Assembly (NCBI GenBank): GCA_021647505.1 | Contig: JAKIUN010000001.1 | Location: 97,828-161,827, forward strand | Direction: 5' to 3' | DNA: 64,000 nt | From: Gammaproteobacteria bacterium | GTDB lineage: Bacteria; Pseudomonadota; Gammaproteobacteria; SZUA-152 | Shown here: positions 47,670 through 57,894 of the stretch, piece by piece | Numbering within the stretch: the first letter of the stretch is position 1 | Layout of the letters: every line of letters starts with the position of its first letter | The notes under the pieces: model-generated | Seen by the model: only the letters and a program-made list of their open reading frames with translations | Database searches by the model: none | What the model was told of the DNA's origin: nothing | Position numbers and translations under genes: made by a program

Positions 47670-47842
47670 CCGGTTCCGCCGGGACATCGCGCAGCGGCGG
47701 ACGATAGACGCGATGGTTTGCTGCGGAGGATAATGGGGGCACAGCCCACCGCCCCAAAACGCGCTGTTTGCAACGAAATCGTGCCCTGGGGGGCTGCTCC
47801 CACACCACCACTGATTCCCCTGAGTCTCATCGAGTTTTCCCC

Positions 47843-50077
47843 ATGCCGTCCGCCACTGCCATTTTCAGTTACCGCAAACACTGGGCCAGCCGTTTCGGCA
47901 CTGCGCCCGAATTGCCCATGTCGCGCGAGGAGATGGACAACCTGGGCTGGGATTCCTGTGATGTGATCCTGGTCACCGGCGATGCCTATGTGGATCACCC
48001 CAGCTTCGGCATGGCGGTAATCGGCCGGGTGCTGGAGGCGCAGGGCTTTCGTGTCGGCATCATCAGTCAGCCGGACTGGAATGATGCCGATGGTTTCCGC
48101 CGCTTGGGCCGGCCGAATCTGTTCTTTGGCGTTACCGGCGGCAACATGGACTCCATGGTCAACCGCTATACCGCCGAGCGCAAGCCACGCTCCGATGATG
48201 CCTATACGCCCAACGCCGAGGGCGGCAAACGTCCCGACCGCTCGGTGATTGTCTACAGCCAGCGTGCCCGCGGGGCTTACAAGGGCGTGCCGCTGATCAT
48301 CGGTGGTATCGAGGCCAGCCTGCGCCGTATCGCCCACTACGACTACTGGTCGGACAAAGTGCGCCGCTCGGTGTTGATGGATGCCAAAGCCGACCTGCTG
48401 GTGTACGGCAATGCCGAACGGCAGGTCGTCGAAATCGCCCACCGTCTGGCCCGCCGTGAGCCCGTGAGCGAGATCCGCGATGTGCGCGGTACGGTTTTTA
48501 TCTGTCGTGACGCCAATGGCCGCCCGGATCGTGTGCCTGCGGGCTGGAGCCTGCTGAATTCGAGCGAGGTGGATCGTCCGGGGCGCATCGAGGCCCACCC
48601 CGACCCCTACGCCATGGGCGAGGCCTGTGACAAGGTGGCCAGTGGCGAAATGCCGCACGAAGAGGGTTCGGTGGCGGTCACCGCGCCGCAGCGGCAACTG
48701 CCCGACCCGGCGTGTACCCTGGTGTTGATTCCCGGCTATCACGCTGTGCGCGAAGACCGTGTGCTCTACGCCCACGCCTCGCGCGTGCTGCACCGCGAGA
48801 CCAATCCCGGCAACGCCATGGCCATCTACCAGCCCCACGGTGAACGTGGCGTATGGCTCAATCCGCCACCCGTCCCGCTCAGTACCGAGGAGCTGGACGC
48901 GGTGTTCGAGCTGCCTTATACGCGCCGCCCACACAGCGCCTATGGCAATGCGCGCATCCCGGCCTACGAGATGATTCGTTTTTCCATCAACATCATGCGT
49001 GGCTGCTTCGGTGGCTGTACCTTCTGCTCCATCACCGAGCACGAAGGGCGTATTATCCAGAGCCGCTCCGAGGACTCCATTATCCGTGAAGTGGAGACCA
49101 TCCGTGACAACGTGCCCGGTTTTACCGGCCACATTTCCGACCTCGGTGGGCCGACCGCCAACATGTGGCGCCTGAAATGTAAGGACGAGAAGGTCGAGGC
49201 CAGCTGCCGCCGTCCTTCCTGCGTCTATCCCGGTATCTGTAAGAACATGGATACCAACCAGATGCCGCTGGTACACCTCTACCGCCGCGCACGCAAACTG
49301 CCGGGCATCAAAAAGATCTTTATCGCCTCCGGTCTGCGCTACGACCTCGCCGTGGAGACCCCTGAATACGTCAAGGAATTGGTTACCCACCACGTCGGCG
49401 GCTACCTGAAAATCGCCCCCGAACATACCGAAGGGGGGCCGCTGTCAAAGATGATGAAACCCGGCATCGGCAGCTATGACCGCTTTAAAAAAATGTTCGA
49501 TAAGTATTCGCAGGCGGCGGGCAAGGAGCAGTACCTGATCCCCTATTTCATCTCCGCCCACCCCGGCACCACCGACGAGGACATGATGAACCTCGCCCTG
49601 TGGCTGAAGGCCAACGGTTTTCGCGCCGACCAGGTGCAGAACTTCCTGCCCTCGCCCATGGCCACCGCTTCGGCCATGTATTACTCGGGCAAGGATCCGT
49701 TGCACAAAGTCAGCCGCCGCGCGCCCGACATGCCGGTGCCCAAGGGCACCCGCCAACGGCGTCTACATAAGGCCTTCCTGCGCTACCATGACGCCAACAA
49801 CTGGCCGTTGCTGCGCAAGGCGTTAAAGCAGATGGGCCGGGCCGACCTCATCGGCAACGGCAAGCGTCACCTCATTCCCACCTGGCAGCCCGACGGCACC
49901 GGCGACGCCGGCGAGGGTAAGCGGGCCTTTCGCACCCAGCACAGTGGCCTGCCACAGATGCCCGCCGGCAAGCCGCGCCGTGCGGGGGCCCCATCAGCCA
50001 AGCCCGGCAAGTCTCGTAGCAAGCCAGCAATAAAAATCTTCAGCAAATCATCACGCAAGCCTCGCGGCCGCCGCTGA
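47843..50077 (+). CDS. ygiQ: YgiQ-family radical SAM protein
   Basis: [43 protein letters not shown]-domain. Radical SAM CxxxCxxC ([10 protein letters not shown]). Lys/Arg-rich tail. I prefer ATG 47843. Confidence 0.9.
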   Translation: MPSATAIFSYRKHWASRFGTAPELPMSREEMDNLGWDSCDVILVTGDAYVDHPSFGMAVIGRVLEAQGFRVGIISQPDWNDADGFRRLGRPNLFFGVTGGNMDSMVNRYTAERKPRSDDAYTPNAEGGKRPDRSVIVYSQRARGAYKGVPLIIGGIEASLRRIAHYDYWSDKVRRSVLMDAKADLLVYGNAERQVVEIAHRLARREPVSEIRDVRGTVFICRDANGRPDRVPAGWSLLNSSEVDRPGRIEAHPDPYAMGEACDKVASGEMPHEEGSVAVTAPQRQLPDPACTLVLIPGYHAVREDRVLYAHASRVLHRETNPGNAMAIYQPHGERGVWLNPPPVPLSTEELDAVFELPYTRRPHSAYGNARIPAYEMIRFSINIMRGCFGGCTFCSITEHEGRIIQSRSEDSIIREVETIRDNVPGFTGHISDLGGPTANMWRLKCKDEKVEASCRRPSCVYPGICKNMDTNQMPLVHLYRRARKLPGIKKIFIASGLRYDLAVETPEYVKELVTHHVGGYLKIAPEHTEGGPLSKMMKPGIGSYDRFKKMFDKYSQAAGKEQYLIPYFISAHPGTTDEDMMNLALWLKANGFRADQVQNFLPSPMATASAMYYSGKDPLHKVSRRAPDMPVPKGTRQRRLHKAFLRYHDANNWPLLRKALKQMGRADLIGNGKRHLIPTWQPDGTGDAGEGKRAFRTQHSGLPQMPAGKPRRAGAPSAKPGKSRSKPAIKIFSKSSRKPRGRR

Positions 50078-50106
50078 CGTTTCGGGTTTTTGTTGTGGTG
50101 TATGAG

Positions 50107-50172
50107 TGTGGGAGCGGCTTCAGCCGCGAAGGTCATTTCCGGCGCGGTTTCGCGGCTGAAGCCGCTCCCACA
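50107..50172. repeat. REP element: 24-bp perfect inverted repeat with 18-nt spacer
   Basis: TGTGGGAGCGGCTTCAGCCGCGAA (50107-50130) pairs with TTCGCGGCTGAAGCCGCTCCCACA (50149-50172). Each arm holds the nested palindrome GCGGCT-TC-AGCCGC. Lies just after the ygiQ stop. Confidence 0.85.
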
Positions 50173-50532
50173 TGGTAGTTGGTGGGGTTCCTCTCCATGT
50201 CTCAAATTCGTGGTAAGAGCGGGCCATGCCCGCGATCAGTTTTGCCAAAACAGGCTGGGATGCAGAGGTTGCAAAGGCGCAGAGAGCGCAAAGATTTCTA
50301 AACTATTTTTCTTTGTGTTCTTGGCATTGATTGTCACTATCGAAAAAAGCGCCTCGCGGGCATGGCCCACTCCTCCGAAATTAAGCAGAATCACAGAGTG
50401 AGCATTGCCTACCGCAGATGCCCATTGACAGGTCGTGTCACCCTGCACCTTTGCGGCTATGATTCTCCCGCTTGCCGCCCGGCACTGATTGTCGCAGACT
50501 GTCCAGGAATCTGAACCCAAGGAGATCGACCC

Positions 50533-51111
50533 ATGGCCAAATCCATCAAAGGTACGCAAACGGAAAAAAACCTGCTCATCGCCTTTGCCGGCGAATCCCA
50601 GGCACGCAATCGTTATACCTATTTCGCCGGCGCCGCACGCAAGGAAGGGCTGGTGCAGATCGCCGAGGTCTTTGCCGAAACAGCCGATCAGGAAAAGGAA
50701 CACGCCAAGCGCTTTTTCAAATTCCTCGAAGGTGGCGAGATAGAGATCACCGAACGTTTTCCCGCCGGTGTCATCGGCAACACCCTAGAGAATCTGCGTG
50801 ACGCCGCCGCCGGTGAAGAGCACGAGTGGACTGAAATGTACCCGGCCTTCGCCAAGGTGGCGCGCGAAGAAGGCTTCCCCGAAGTGGCCGCTGCCTTCGA
50901 TGCCATTTCTGTCGCAGAAAAGCAGCATGGCAAGCGTTACACGGATCTGGCCAATAATCTCGATGCAGGCCGGGTGTTTCGTCGCGATGGCAAAGTGGTC
51001 TGGCGTTGCCGCAATTGTGGTTATCTGCACGAAGCGGAAGAGGCCCCGGAAGTTTGTCCGGCCTGCCTGCATCCGAAGGCCTATTTCGAACTACTGGGTG
51101 AGAATTGGTGA
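50533..51111 (+). CDS. rbr: Rubrerythrin
   Basis: Erythrin di-iron helices (KNLLIAFAGESQARNRYTYFA, EKEHAKRF, EEHEWTEMY). C-terminal rubredoxin CRNCGY...CPAC. Confidence 0.93.
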   Translation: MAKSIKGTQTEKNLLIAFAGESQARNRYTYFAGAARKEGLVQIAEVFAETADQEKEHAKRFFKFLEGGEIEITERFPAGVIGNTLENLRDAAAGEEHEWTEMYPAFAKVAREEGFPEVAAAFDAISVAEKQHGKRYTDLANNLDAGRVFRRDGKVVWRCRNCGYLHEAEEAPEVCPACLHPKAYFELLGENW

Positions 51112-51166
51112 GTAAAGGGCAGAGCGGGATTCAGTTTCCACACAACAATAATGCTGGGAGATTATT

Positions 51167-51994
51167 ATGGGGAATCTAGAAAAATATATGGATCAGGCGA
51201 TTGGTCTGAGCATGGCCTATGGCCCTAAACTATTGTTGGCGCTGATTGTGCTTGTTGTCGGTTTGCGGCTGATTAAATCTGTGGTGAAGTTGCTGAATCG
51301 CGCCATGGAAAAAAGCCATACCGAGGATACGCTAAGAACCTTCCTGGAGAATCTATTGGGTGTTCTCCTCAAGGTGCTGTTGCTGATCAGTGTTGCCGCA
51401 ATGGTCGGCGTGGAAACCACCTCGTTCATTGCCATACTCGGCGCCACGGGTCTTGCCATTGGTCTTGCGCTACAGGGTAGTCTGGCTAACTTTGCCGGCG
51501 GTCTTCTTATCCTGTTCTTTAAGCCCTTTAAGGTCGGCGATGTGATTGATGCTCAGGGGTATCTGGGCGTAGTGCGCGAAATTCAGGTATTCAATACGAT
51601 CATCCTCACCCTGGATAACAAGAAAGTGATTATCCCCAACGGGAATCTTTCCAATGACTGCGTAGAAAATGTCTTTAGTGAGCCCACCCGCCGGGTTGAT
51701 CTCACCTTTGGTATCAGTTACAACGATGACATTCTCTTCACCAAAGAGGTGCTGCGTAAAGTGATTACCAGTGATGACCGTATTCTGACGGATGACGACC
51801 ATGCGCATGAGATTTATGTGGCAGAGCATGGCGATAGCTCCGTCAATCTGCTGGTGCGCGTCTGGGTCAAGACTGAGAATTACTGGCCCGTGCACTTTCA
51901 TCTTATGGAGCAGGTTAAGCTGAGTTTCGACAAAGAAGGCATTTCCATTCCCTTCCCGCAGCGGGATGTACATCTCATTCAGCAGGCAGGATAG
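51167..51994 (+). CDS. mscS: Small-conductance mechanosensitive channel (MscS family)
   Basis: Three TM helices plus the pore helix motif GATGLAIGLALQGSLANFAGGLLIL and FKVGDVI. Confidence 0.9.
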   Translation: MGNLEKYMDQAIGLSMAYGPKLLLALIVLVVGLRLIKSVVKLLNRAMEKSHTEDTLRTFLENLLGVLLKVLLLISVAAMVGVETTSFIAILGATGLAIGLALQGSLANFAGGLLILFFKPFKVGDVIDAQGYLGVVREIQVFNTIILTLDNKKVIIPNGNLSNDCVENVFSEPTRRVDLTFGISYNDDILFTKEVLRKVITSDDRILTDDDHAHEIYVAEHGDSSVNLLVRVWVKTENYWPVHFHLMEQVKLSFDKEGISIPFPQRDVHLIQQAG

Positions 51995-52002
51995 TCACAC
52001 TC

Positions 52003-52056
52003 TTAGACTTTTTGTATTAACTTGCTGCGCAAAAAACGTTAATACAAAAAGTCTAA
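52003..52056. terminator. 19-bp perfect inverted repeat (likely bidirectional terminator between mscS and ppa)
   Basis: TTAGACTTTTTGTATTAAC - 16 nt - GTTAATACAAAAAGTCTAA. Confidence 0.5.
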
Positions 52057-52244
52057 TGTGTTTGCCAAGAATTGCTCCAGGATAAAACCTTCTGAAACAA
52101 TTTCTTGCAAGTTAATACATGTCAGAATGGCTATCGGAAACAATGCAGATTTTACATGCGGGGGGGTATTCGCGGCCTTGAGGAAGGAAGGCCGCCAGCG
52201 GGCAACATGCGCTCGCTGTCGGTCGACTCTGTTTCACCCAGGTT

Positions 52245-52793
52245 TCAGAAACAGGGCTTCTCAGGTGAGGCCTTGAAGCGCTCTACGGAGGCCAGGATTT
52301 CGGCCTTGGCTGCATCGGTGCCGACCCAGCCATCGATCTTCACCCACTTGTTGCTTTCCAAATCCTTGTAATGCTCAAAGAAATGGGCGATCTGATCCAG
52401 CAACAGGGGTGACAGATCTTCCAGCTTTTCCACACCACGATACTGCACCGCCAGCTTGTCCACCGGCACGGCGAGAATCTTGGCGTCAATGCCGGATTCG
52501 TCGGTCATCTCCAGCATGCCCACCGGGCGGCAGCGAATCACCGAACCGCTGATCAGTGGTGTGGGGGTGACCACCAGCACATCCACCGGGTCACCATCTT
52601 CGGACAGGGTGTGAGGCACATAACCATAGTTGCAAGGATAGTACATGGCCGTGTTCATGAAACGATCCACGAACATGGCGCCGGTTTCCTTGTCAACTTC
52701 GTATTTCACCGGATCGCTGTGCGAGGGGATTTCGATAATAACATTAATGTCGTTGGGCACATCTTTGCCGGAACTGACTCGGTCTAGGCTCAT
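52245..52793 (-). CDS. ppa: Soluble inorganic pyrophosphatase (family I)
   Basis: [24 protein letters not shown] and the DAKILAVP motif. 182 aa. Confidence 0.95.
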   Translation of the reverse strand: MSLDRVSSGKDVPNDINVIIEIPSHSDPVKYEVDKETGAMFVDRFMNTAMYYPCNYGYVPHTLSEDGDPVDVLVVTPTPLISGSVIRCRPVGMLEMTDESGIDAKILAVPVDKLAVQYRGVEKLEDLSPLLLDQIAHFFEHYKDLESNKWVKIDGWVGTDAAKAEILASVERFKASPEKPCF

Positions 52794-52828
52794 TCTTCTC
52801 TCTCTCCTGAAAATAAAAATCGTCGAAT

Positions 52829-52850
52829 AAAAAAGGCCGACAGGTCGGCC
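52829..52850 (-). terminator. Intrinsic terminator 35 nt upstream of the ppa start codon
   Basis: On the minus strand: GGCCGAC-CU-GUCGGCC followed by UUUUUUAUU. Confidence 0.75.
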
Positions 52851-52854
52851 TTTT

Positions 52855-53009
52855 CCAGCGTAGTGGGTCGAAACAAGATCCGCTTCCGGTTATGGTGCTA
52901 CGCGGCGGTGATCTGCCCCGCTCGATGGAAACAAGGACGGCTTCGCCCAGTAAGCAATTTATACCCACATATTCAGATTAATTCCACCACTGGTTGTGCC
53001 CGTATTGTA
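52855..53009 (-). promoter_or_regulatory. Candidate structured 5' leader or small RNA between pfp and ppa
   Basis: TACAAT -10 box at 53004-53009 (minus strand). CCAGUGGUGG (52993-52984) can pair with CCCACUACGCUGG (52867-52855) as 4+6 bp with a 2-nt bulge. That helix would enclose ~115 nt containing two CUUGUUUC copies, with the terminator immediately 3'. Confidence 0.4.
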
Positions 53010-53138
53010 ACGCAGATAAGGTGGCCAAGAAACCGCTTATTCCATACAAAAATAGCGGATGCTGAGTGCAAGATGTTGGTTTCATAGTGGAATCAAGAGC
53101 TTGTGCTATGCGCCGTCATGAAGCCACGGATTCAGGTC

Positions 53139-54425
53139 TTACTTAAGCTTGAAGGACTTCTTCAGCTTCTTTTTTACCGCCACATTCTTCAGTGTCACGT
53201 ACTGTGGCAGGCCTTTCTTGAAAGGTGGATAATCCTCACCCTGAATCAGCGGCTGCAAATAGGCTCGACAGCGCTGGGTAATGTGAAAACCGTCTTTGCT
53301 GATGTAATTTTCCGGCATCATTTTTTCCCTGTTCGCCACCTTGGCCAAACGCGCCTCGACAATTTTCCAGCGATAGGGCTTGTTGGAGATGCGCTTGATC
53401 GCCGGCATCACGGCATTTTTTCCAGCCAGCGCCATCTTCACCGCCGCTTTGCCGGTGGCGTAGGCCTGCTCCACATCGGTCTTCGAGGCAATATGCCGCG
53501 CCGCACGCTGCAGATAGTCCGCCACCGCCCAGTGATGCTTATAACCCAGCTTTTTCTGAATAATCTGCGCCACTACCGGCGCCACACCACCTAACTGGGC
53601 ATGACCAAAGGCGTCTCGCGCGCCACTCTCGGCGAGAAACTGACCCTTGCTGTTACGCACCCCCTCGGACACCACAATGGCACAACAACCATATTTCTTA
53701 ACCGACTTTTTTACCTGGGCAAGAAATTTACGCTCATTGAACACCACCTCCGGGAATAAAATGATATGTGGTGCATCACCCTCGTTCTCTGCCGCCAAGC
53801 CACCCGCTGCAGCGATCCAGCCAGCATGCCGGCCCATCACCTCCAAGACAAAAACCTTCGTCGAAGTCTTGGCCATAGAGGCCACATCGAAGGCCGCCTC
53901 GCGAATCGATACCGCCACATATTTTGCCACCGAGCCAAAACCGGGACAGTTATCGGTAATCGGCAAGTCATTATCGACCGTCTTGGGAATATGAATGGCC
54001 TGAATGGGATAGCCCAGCGTTTTAGAAAGCTGTGAAATTTTCAGGCAGGTGTCGGCGGAATCCCCCCCCCCGTTATAAAAGAAATAACCGATGTTGTGCG
54101 CCTCGAACACCTCGATGAGACGCTCATACTCGGCGCGATTTTCCGCCAAACCCTTCAGCTTGTAACGGCAGGAACCAAAGGCCCCGGACGGCGTATGGCG
54201 CAAGGCCGCAATAGCACGGGCCGACTCTTTGCCGGTATCAATAAGATCCTCGGTCAACGCACCAATAATACCATTACGGCCCGCATACACCTTGCCGATC
54301 TTGTCCTTGTTTTTGCGTGCGGTCTCGATAACACCGCAGGCACTGGCATTGATCACCGCAGTCACGCCTCCTGACTGCGCATAAAAAGCATTCTTCTTCG
54401 TCATTTTTACTGTCGTTTTCGCCAT
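53139..54425 (-). CDS. pfp: Pyrophosphate-dependent 6-phosphofructokinase (PPi-PFK)
   Basis: AFYAQSGGVTAVINA, FFYNGGGDSADT and IPKTVDNDL motifs. A ~428-aa long-type PFK resembling the PPi-dependent group. I prefer ATG 54425. Confidence 0.85.
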   Translation of the reverse strand: MAKTTVKMTKKNAFYAQSGGVTAVINASACGVIETARKNKDKIGKVYAGRNGIIGALTEDLIDTGKESARAIAALRHTPSGAFGSCRYKLKGLAENRAEYERLIEVFEAHNIGYFFYNGGGDSADTCLKISQLSKTLGYPIQAIHIPKTVDNDLPITDNCPGFGSVAKYVAVSIREAAFDVASMAKTSTKVFVLEVMGRHAGWIAAAGGLAAENEGDAPHIILFPEVVFNERKFLAQVKKSVKKYGCCAIVVSEGVRNSKGQFLAESGARDAFGHAQLGGVAPVVAQIIQKKLGYKHHWAVADYLQRAARHIASKTDVEQAYATGKAAVKMALAGKNAVMPAIKRISNKPYRWKIVEARLAKVANREKMMPENYISKDGFHITQRCRAYLQPLIQGEDYPPFKKGLPQYVTLKNVAVKKKLKKSFKLK

Positions 54426-54797
54426 GACAAACTCCCTGCCGTTCAAATAATTCGGATCTTTTTGTGCGCTTTCCCGCAAAGAAAAACTGCCGTAGCCACA
54501 ACACTATTCTTTCCAGAGTGCCTGCGCAGTAAGAAAGAGTATTAACACAACCAGCGGGGAGCTGTTCAATAAATCTGCACAAAAAACAAAATGATTTTCT
54601 ACGCCAAGAGAAATGTCCTCCACATTTGTTATGCAGTATGCGGAAGATATACAGGAAAAACAGCAAAAATATGAGAAAACACCCTTTTTCCGCATTGACT
54701 TGCGCATATTGAAAGGGGTAGGTTTACAGCGATAAACAGTAAGCAGCACTCATTGGCAACGCTTGTTTATGCGCTTGACGAAGGGAGACAGTCGATT

Positions 54798-55976
54798 ATG
54801 AGGATTGTCCTGATTGGTGCGCCAGGATCTGGCAAAGGCACCCAGGCCAAGAAACTGGTCAGCCGCTACGGGGTACCACAGATTTCCACTGGCGACCTGC
54901 TGCGCGCCGCCGTCGCCGCAGAAACACCCCTCGGCCTGCAAGCCAAGGCCGCCATGGATGCAGGGCAACTGGTCTCGGATCAGATCGTACTCGACATGAT
55001 CGAAGAACGCATGGCTGAGCCCGACACAGAAAAAGGCTTCATCCTCGACGGCTTCCCACGCAACATCCCACAAGCTCAGGCACTCGATGCCATGCTGGAT
55101 AAGCTGGGACGCCCGTTGAAAACCGCCATCCTCATCGACGTGGACTTCGACCTGCTGATCCAACGCATCGCCGGCCGTCGCACCTGCTGTAGTTGTGGAC
55201 AGATGTACAACATCTACACCTCTCCGCCGAAAATGGATGGCCTGTGTGATGTCTGTGGCGGCAAGTTGCACCATAGAGCCGACGACAATGAAGACACCAT
55301 CACCAATCGCCTACGCGTTTACGAGGCGCAGACCGCACCACTGATCAACTATTACAAGGCTCAGGGCAAGCGGTATATCGTCGATGGTACGGGCACGCTC
55401 GATGAAATTTTCCAGCGTCTGTGCAATATCATCGATGGATTACCCACCCACGAAAGTCTGGAATCTGCCAGAAAGGCCGCCAGATTTGAACAAACTATTC
55501 AAGAAATGGTGGAAAAGGCCGAAGCCAAGCCCACCCCAGATACGCAAACAACTCCAGTCGCCAAAAAGGAAACCCGGATCATGACGGCAAAAAAGAGAAC
55601 AGCAACGAGCAAGAAGGCGGCGAGCAAAAAATCAGCCGCAAAGAAAAAGATCGCCAAGAAAACCGCCACAAAAAAGAAAGTGGCCAACAAGAAAAAGACT
55701 GTAAAAAAGAAGGTTGCCGTTAAAAAAGCTGTCGCCAAAAAGAAAAAAGCCGCTGTAAAGAAATCGATGAAAAAGAAGGTGGCGACCAAGAAAAAGACGG
55801 CAAAAAAGAAGGTAGCTAAGAAAAAGGTAGCCAAGAAGAAGGTCGCTACCAAGAAAGTATCACCGAAGAAGAAATCTGCAAAGAAAAAGGCCGCCGGAAA
55901 GACGCCTGCGAAGAAGAAGGCCCCGGTCAAGAAGAAAGGGGCAAAGAAGAAGGCCGCAGCCAGAAAAAAGCGCTGA
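54798..55976 (+). CDS. adk: Adenylate kinase fused to a ~175-aa Lys/Ala-rich histone-H1-like tail
   Basis: AAGGGAGA SD before ATG 54798. MRIVLIGAPGSGKGTQA P-loop. Cys4 LID (CCSCGQ...CDVCGG). The Adk fold ends near residue 215. The same frame then continues without a stop through (A/V)KKK repeats to 55976. Confidence 0.85.
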   Translation: MRIVLIGAPGSGKGTQAKKLVSRYGVPQISTGDLLRAAVAAETPLGLQAKAAMDAGQLVSDQIVLDMIEERMAEPDTEKGFILDGFPRNIPQAQALDAMLDKLGRPLKTAILIDVDFDLLIQRIAGRRTCCSCGQMYNIYTSPPKMDGLCDVCGGKLHHRADDNEDTITNRLRVYEAQTAPLINYYKAQGKRYIVDGTGTLDEIFQRLCNIIDGLPTHESLESARKAARFEQTIQEMVEKAEAKPTPDTQTTPVAKKETRIMTAKKRTATSKKAASKKSAAKKKIAKKTATKKKVANKKKTVKKKVAVKKAVAKKKKAAVKKSMKKKVATKKKTAKKKVAKKKVAKKKVATKKVSPKKKSAKKKAAGKTPAKKKAPVKKKGAKKKAAARKKR

Positions 55977-56124
55977 CATAACGAACCACCCCCGGCTTGT
56001 TTCCTGCCGGGGCCAGCCTTACAATCGGGCGCACAGGGTGACTTGTGCGCCCGAGCTGTTTCCGGGCCACCGATTTTCAGCCCCCCCCCCCAGTTTGCGA
56101 ATGCAGGAGTAACCTAGTGCCTAA

Positions 56125-57141
<1,017 letters not shown>

Positions 57142-57172
57142 GTCCCAGGCTACCGCCACCAAGGAGCAAGCT

Positions 57173-57850
57173 GTGCCCCAATCCACCATTTCCAGCCTGT
57201 TCGGCACCTCACCCATCAAGCCCTTGCAGGGGCACATGCAGGTGGTGCAGGTCTGCGTTCAACAGCTGATCCCTTTTTTCGATGCCGTGCTGGCAGATGA
57301 CTGGGACGAGGCCCGCCGCCAACAGGCAGAAGTTTCCCGCCTGGAAAACGAGGCCGACGCGCTCAAGCGCGAACTGCGCCTGAACCTGCCCAACAGCCTG
57401 TTCATGGCCGTGCCACGCCGTGATCTGCTGGAAGTGCTGACCATGCAGGACAAGATCGCCAACAAAGCCAAGGACATCGCCGGACTGATCACCGGCCGGG
57501 AAATGCGCCTCCCTGAGGCCATAGCGCCAACCATCAAGGCCTATGTACAGCGTTCCATCGACGCGTCCGCACAGGCGCAAACGGCCATCAACGAGCTGGA
57601 TGAACTGGTCGAGACCGGCTTTCGTGGCAACGAAGTGAAACTGGTCGCCTCTATCATTAAAACCCTGGATGAGATCGAGGGTGATTCCGACCGTATGCAA
57701 GTAGAAATCCGCGCCCGGTTGTTTGCCGTGGAAAAGGATCTGCCGCCGGTGGAGGTCATCTTCCTCTACCGCATCATCGACTGGATCGGTGACCTGGGTG
57801 ATCTGGCGCAGCGCGTCGGTAGCCGTCTCGAATTAATGTTGGCCAAATAG
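57173..57850 (+). CDS. DUF47/TIGR00153 PhoU-like protein (Pit accessory)
   Basis: Helical 225-aa protein immediately upstream of a PiT transporter, which is the usual pairing. Confidence 0.8.
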   Translation: MPQSTISSLFGTSPIKPLQGHMQVVQVCVQQLIPFFDAVLADDWDEARRQQAEVSRLENEADALKRELRLNLPNSLFMAVPRRDLLEVLTMQDKIANKAKDIAGLITGREMRLPEAIAPTIKAYVQRSIDASAQAQTAINELDELVETGFRGNEVKLVASIIKTLDEIEGDSDRMQVEIRARLFAVEKDLPPVEVIFLYRIIDWIGDLGDLAQRVGSRLELMLAK

Positions 57851-57894
57851 CCAGCTCAGCACTCAATTATTACCGCAAAACGGGAGTTTTTGCC

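Noticed and set aside
47492-49426. 644-aa minus-strand ORF
   Set aside because: It lies entirely antisense to the well-supported ygiQ radical SAM gene and has a low-complexity G/A/R/V/H composition.
55560-55976. Highly repetitive AAG/AAA/GCC region considered as a possible CRISPR or satellite array
   Set aside because: There is no repeat-spacer periodicity. It is in-frame low-complexity coding sequence (the Lys/Ala tail of Adk). The same reasoning applies to the 15-nt GGGGM repeat at 33825-33887.
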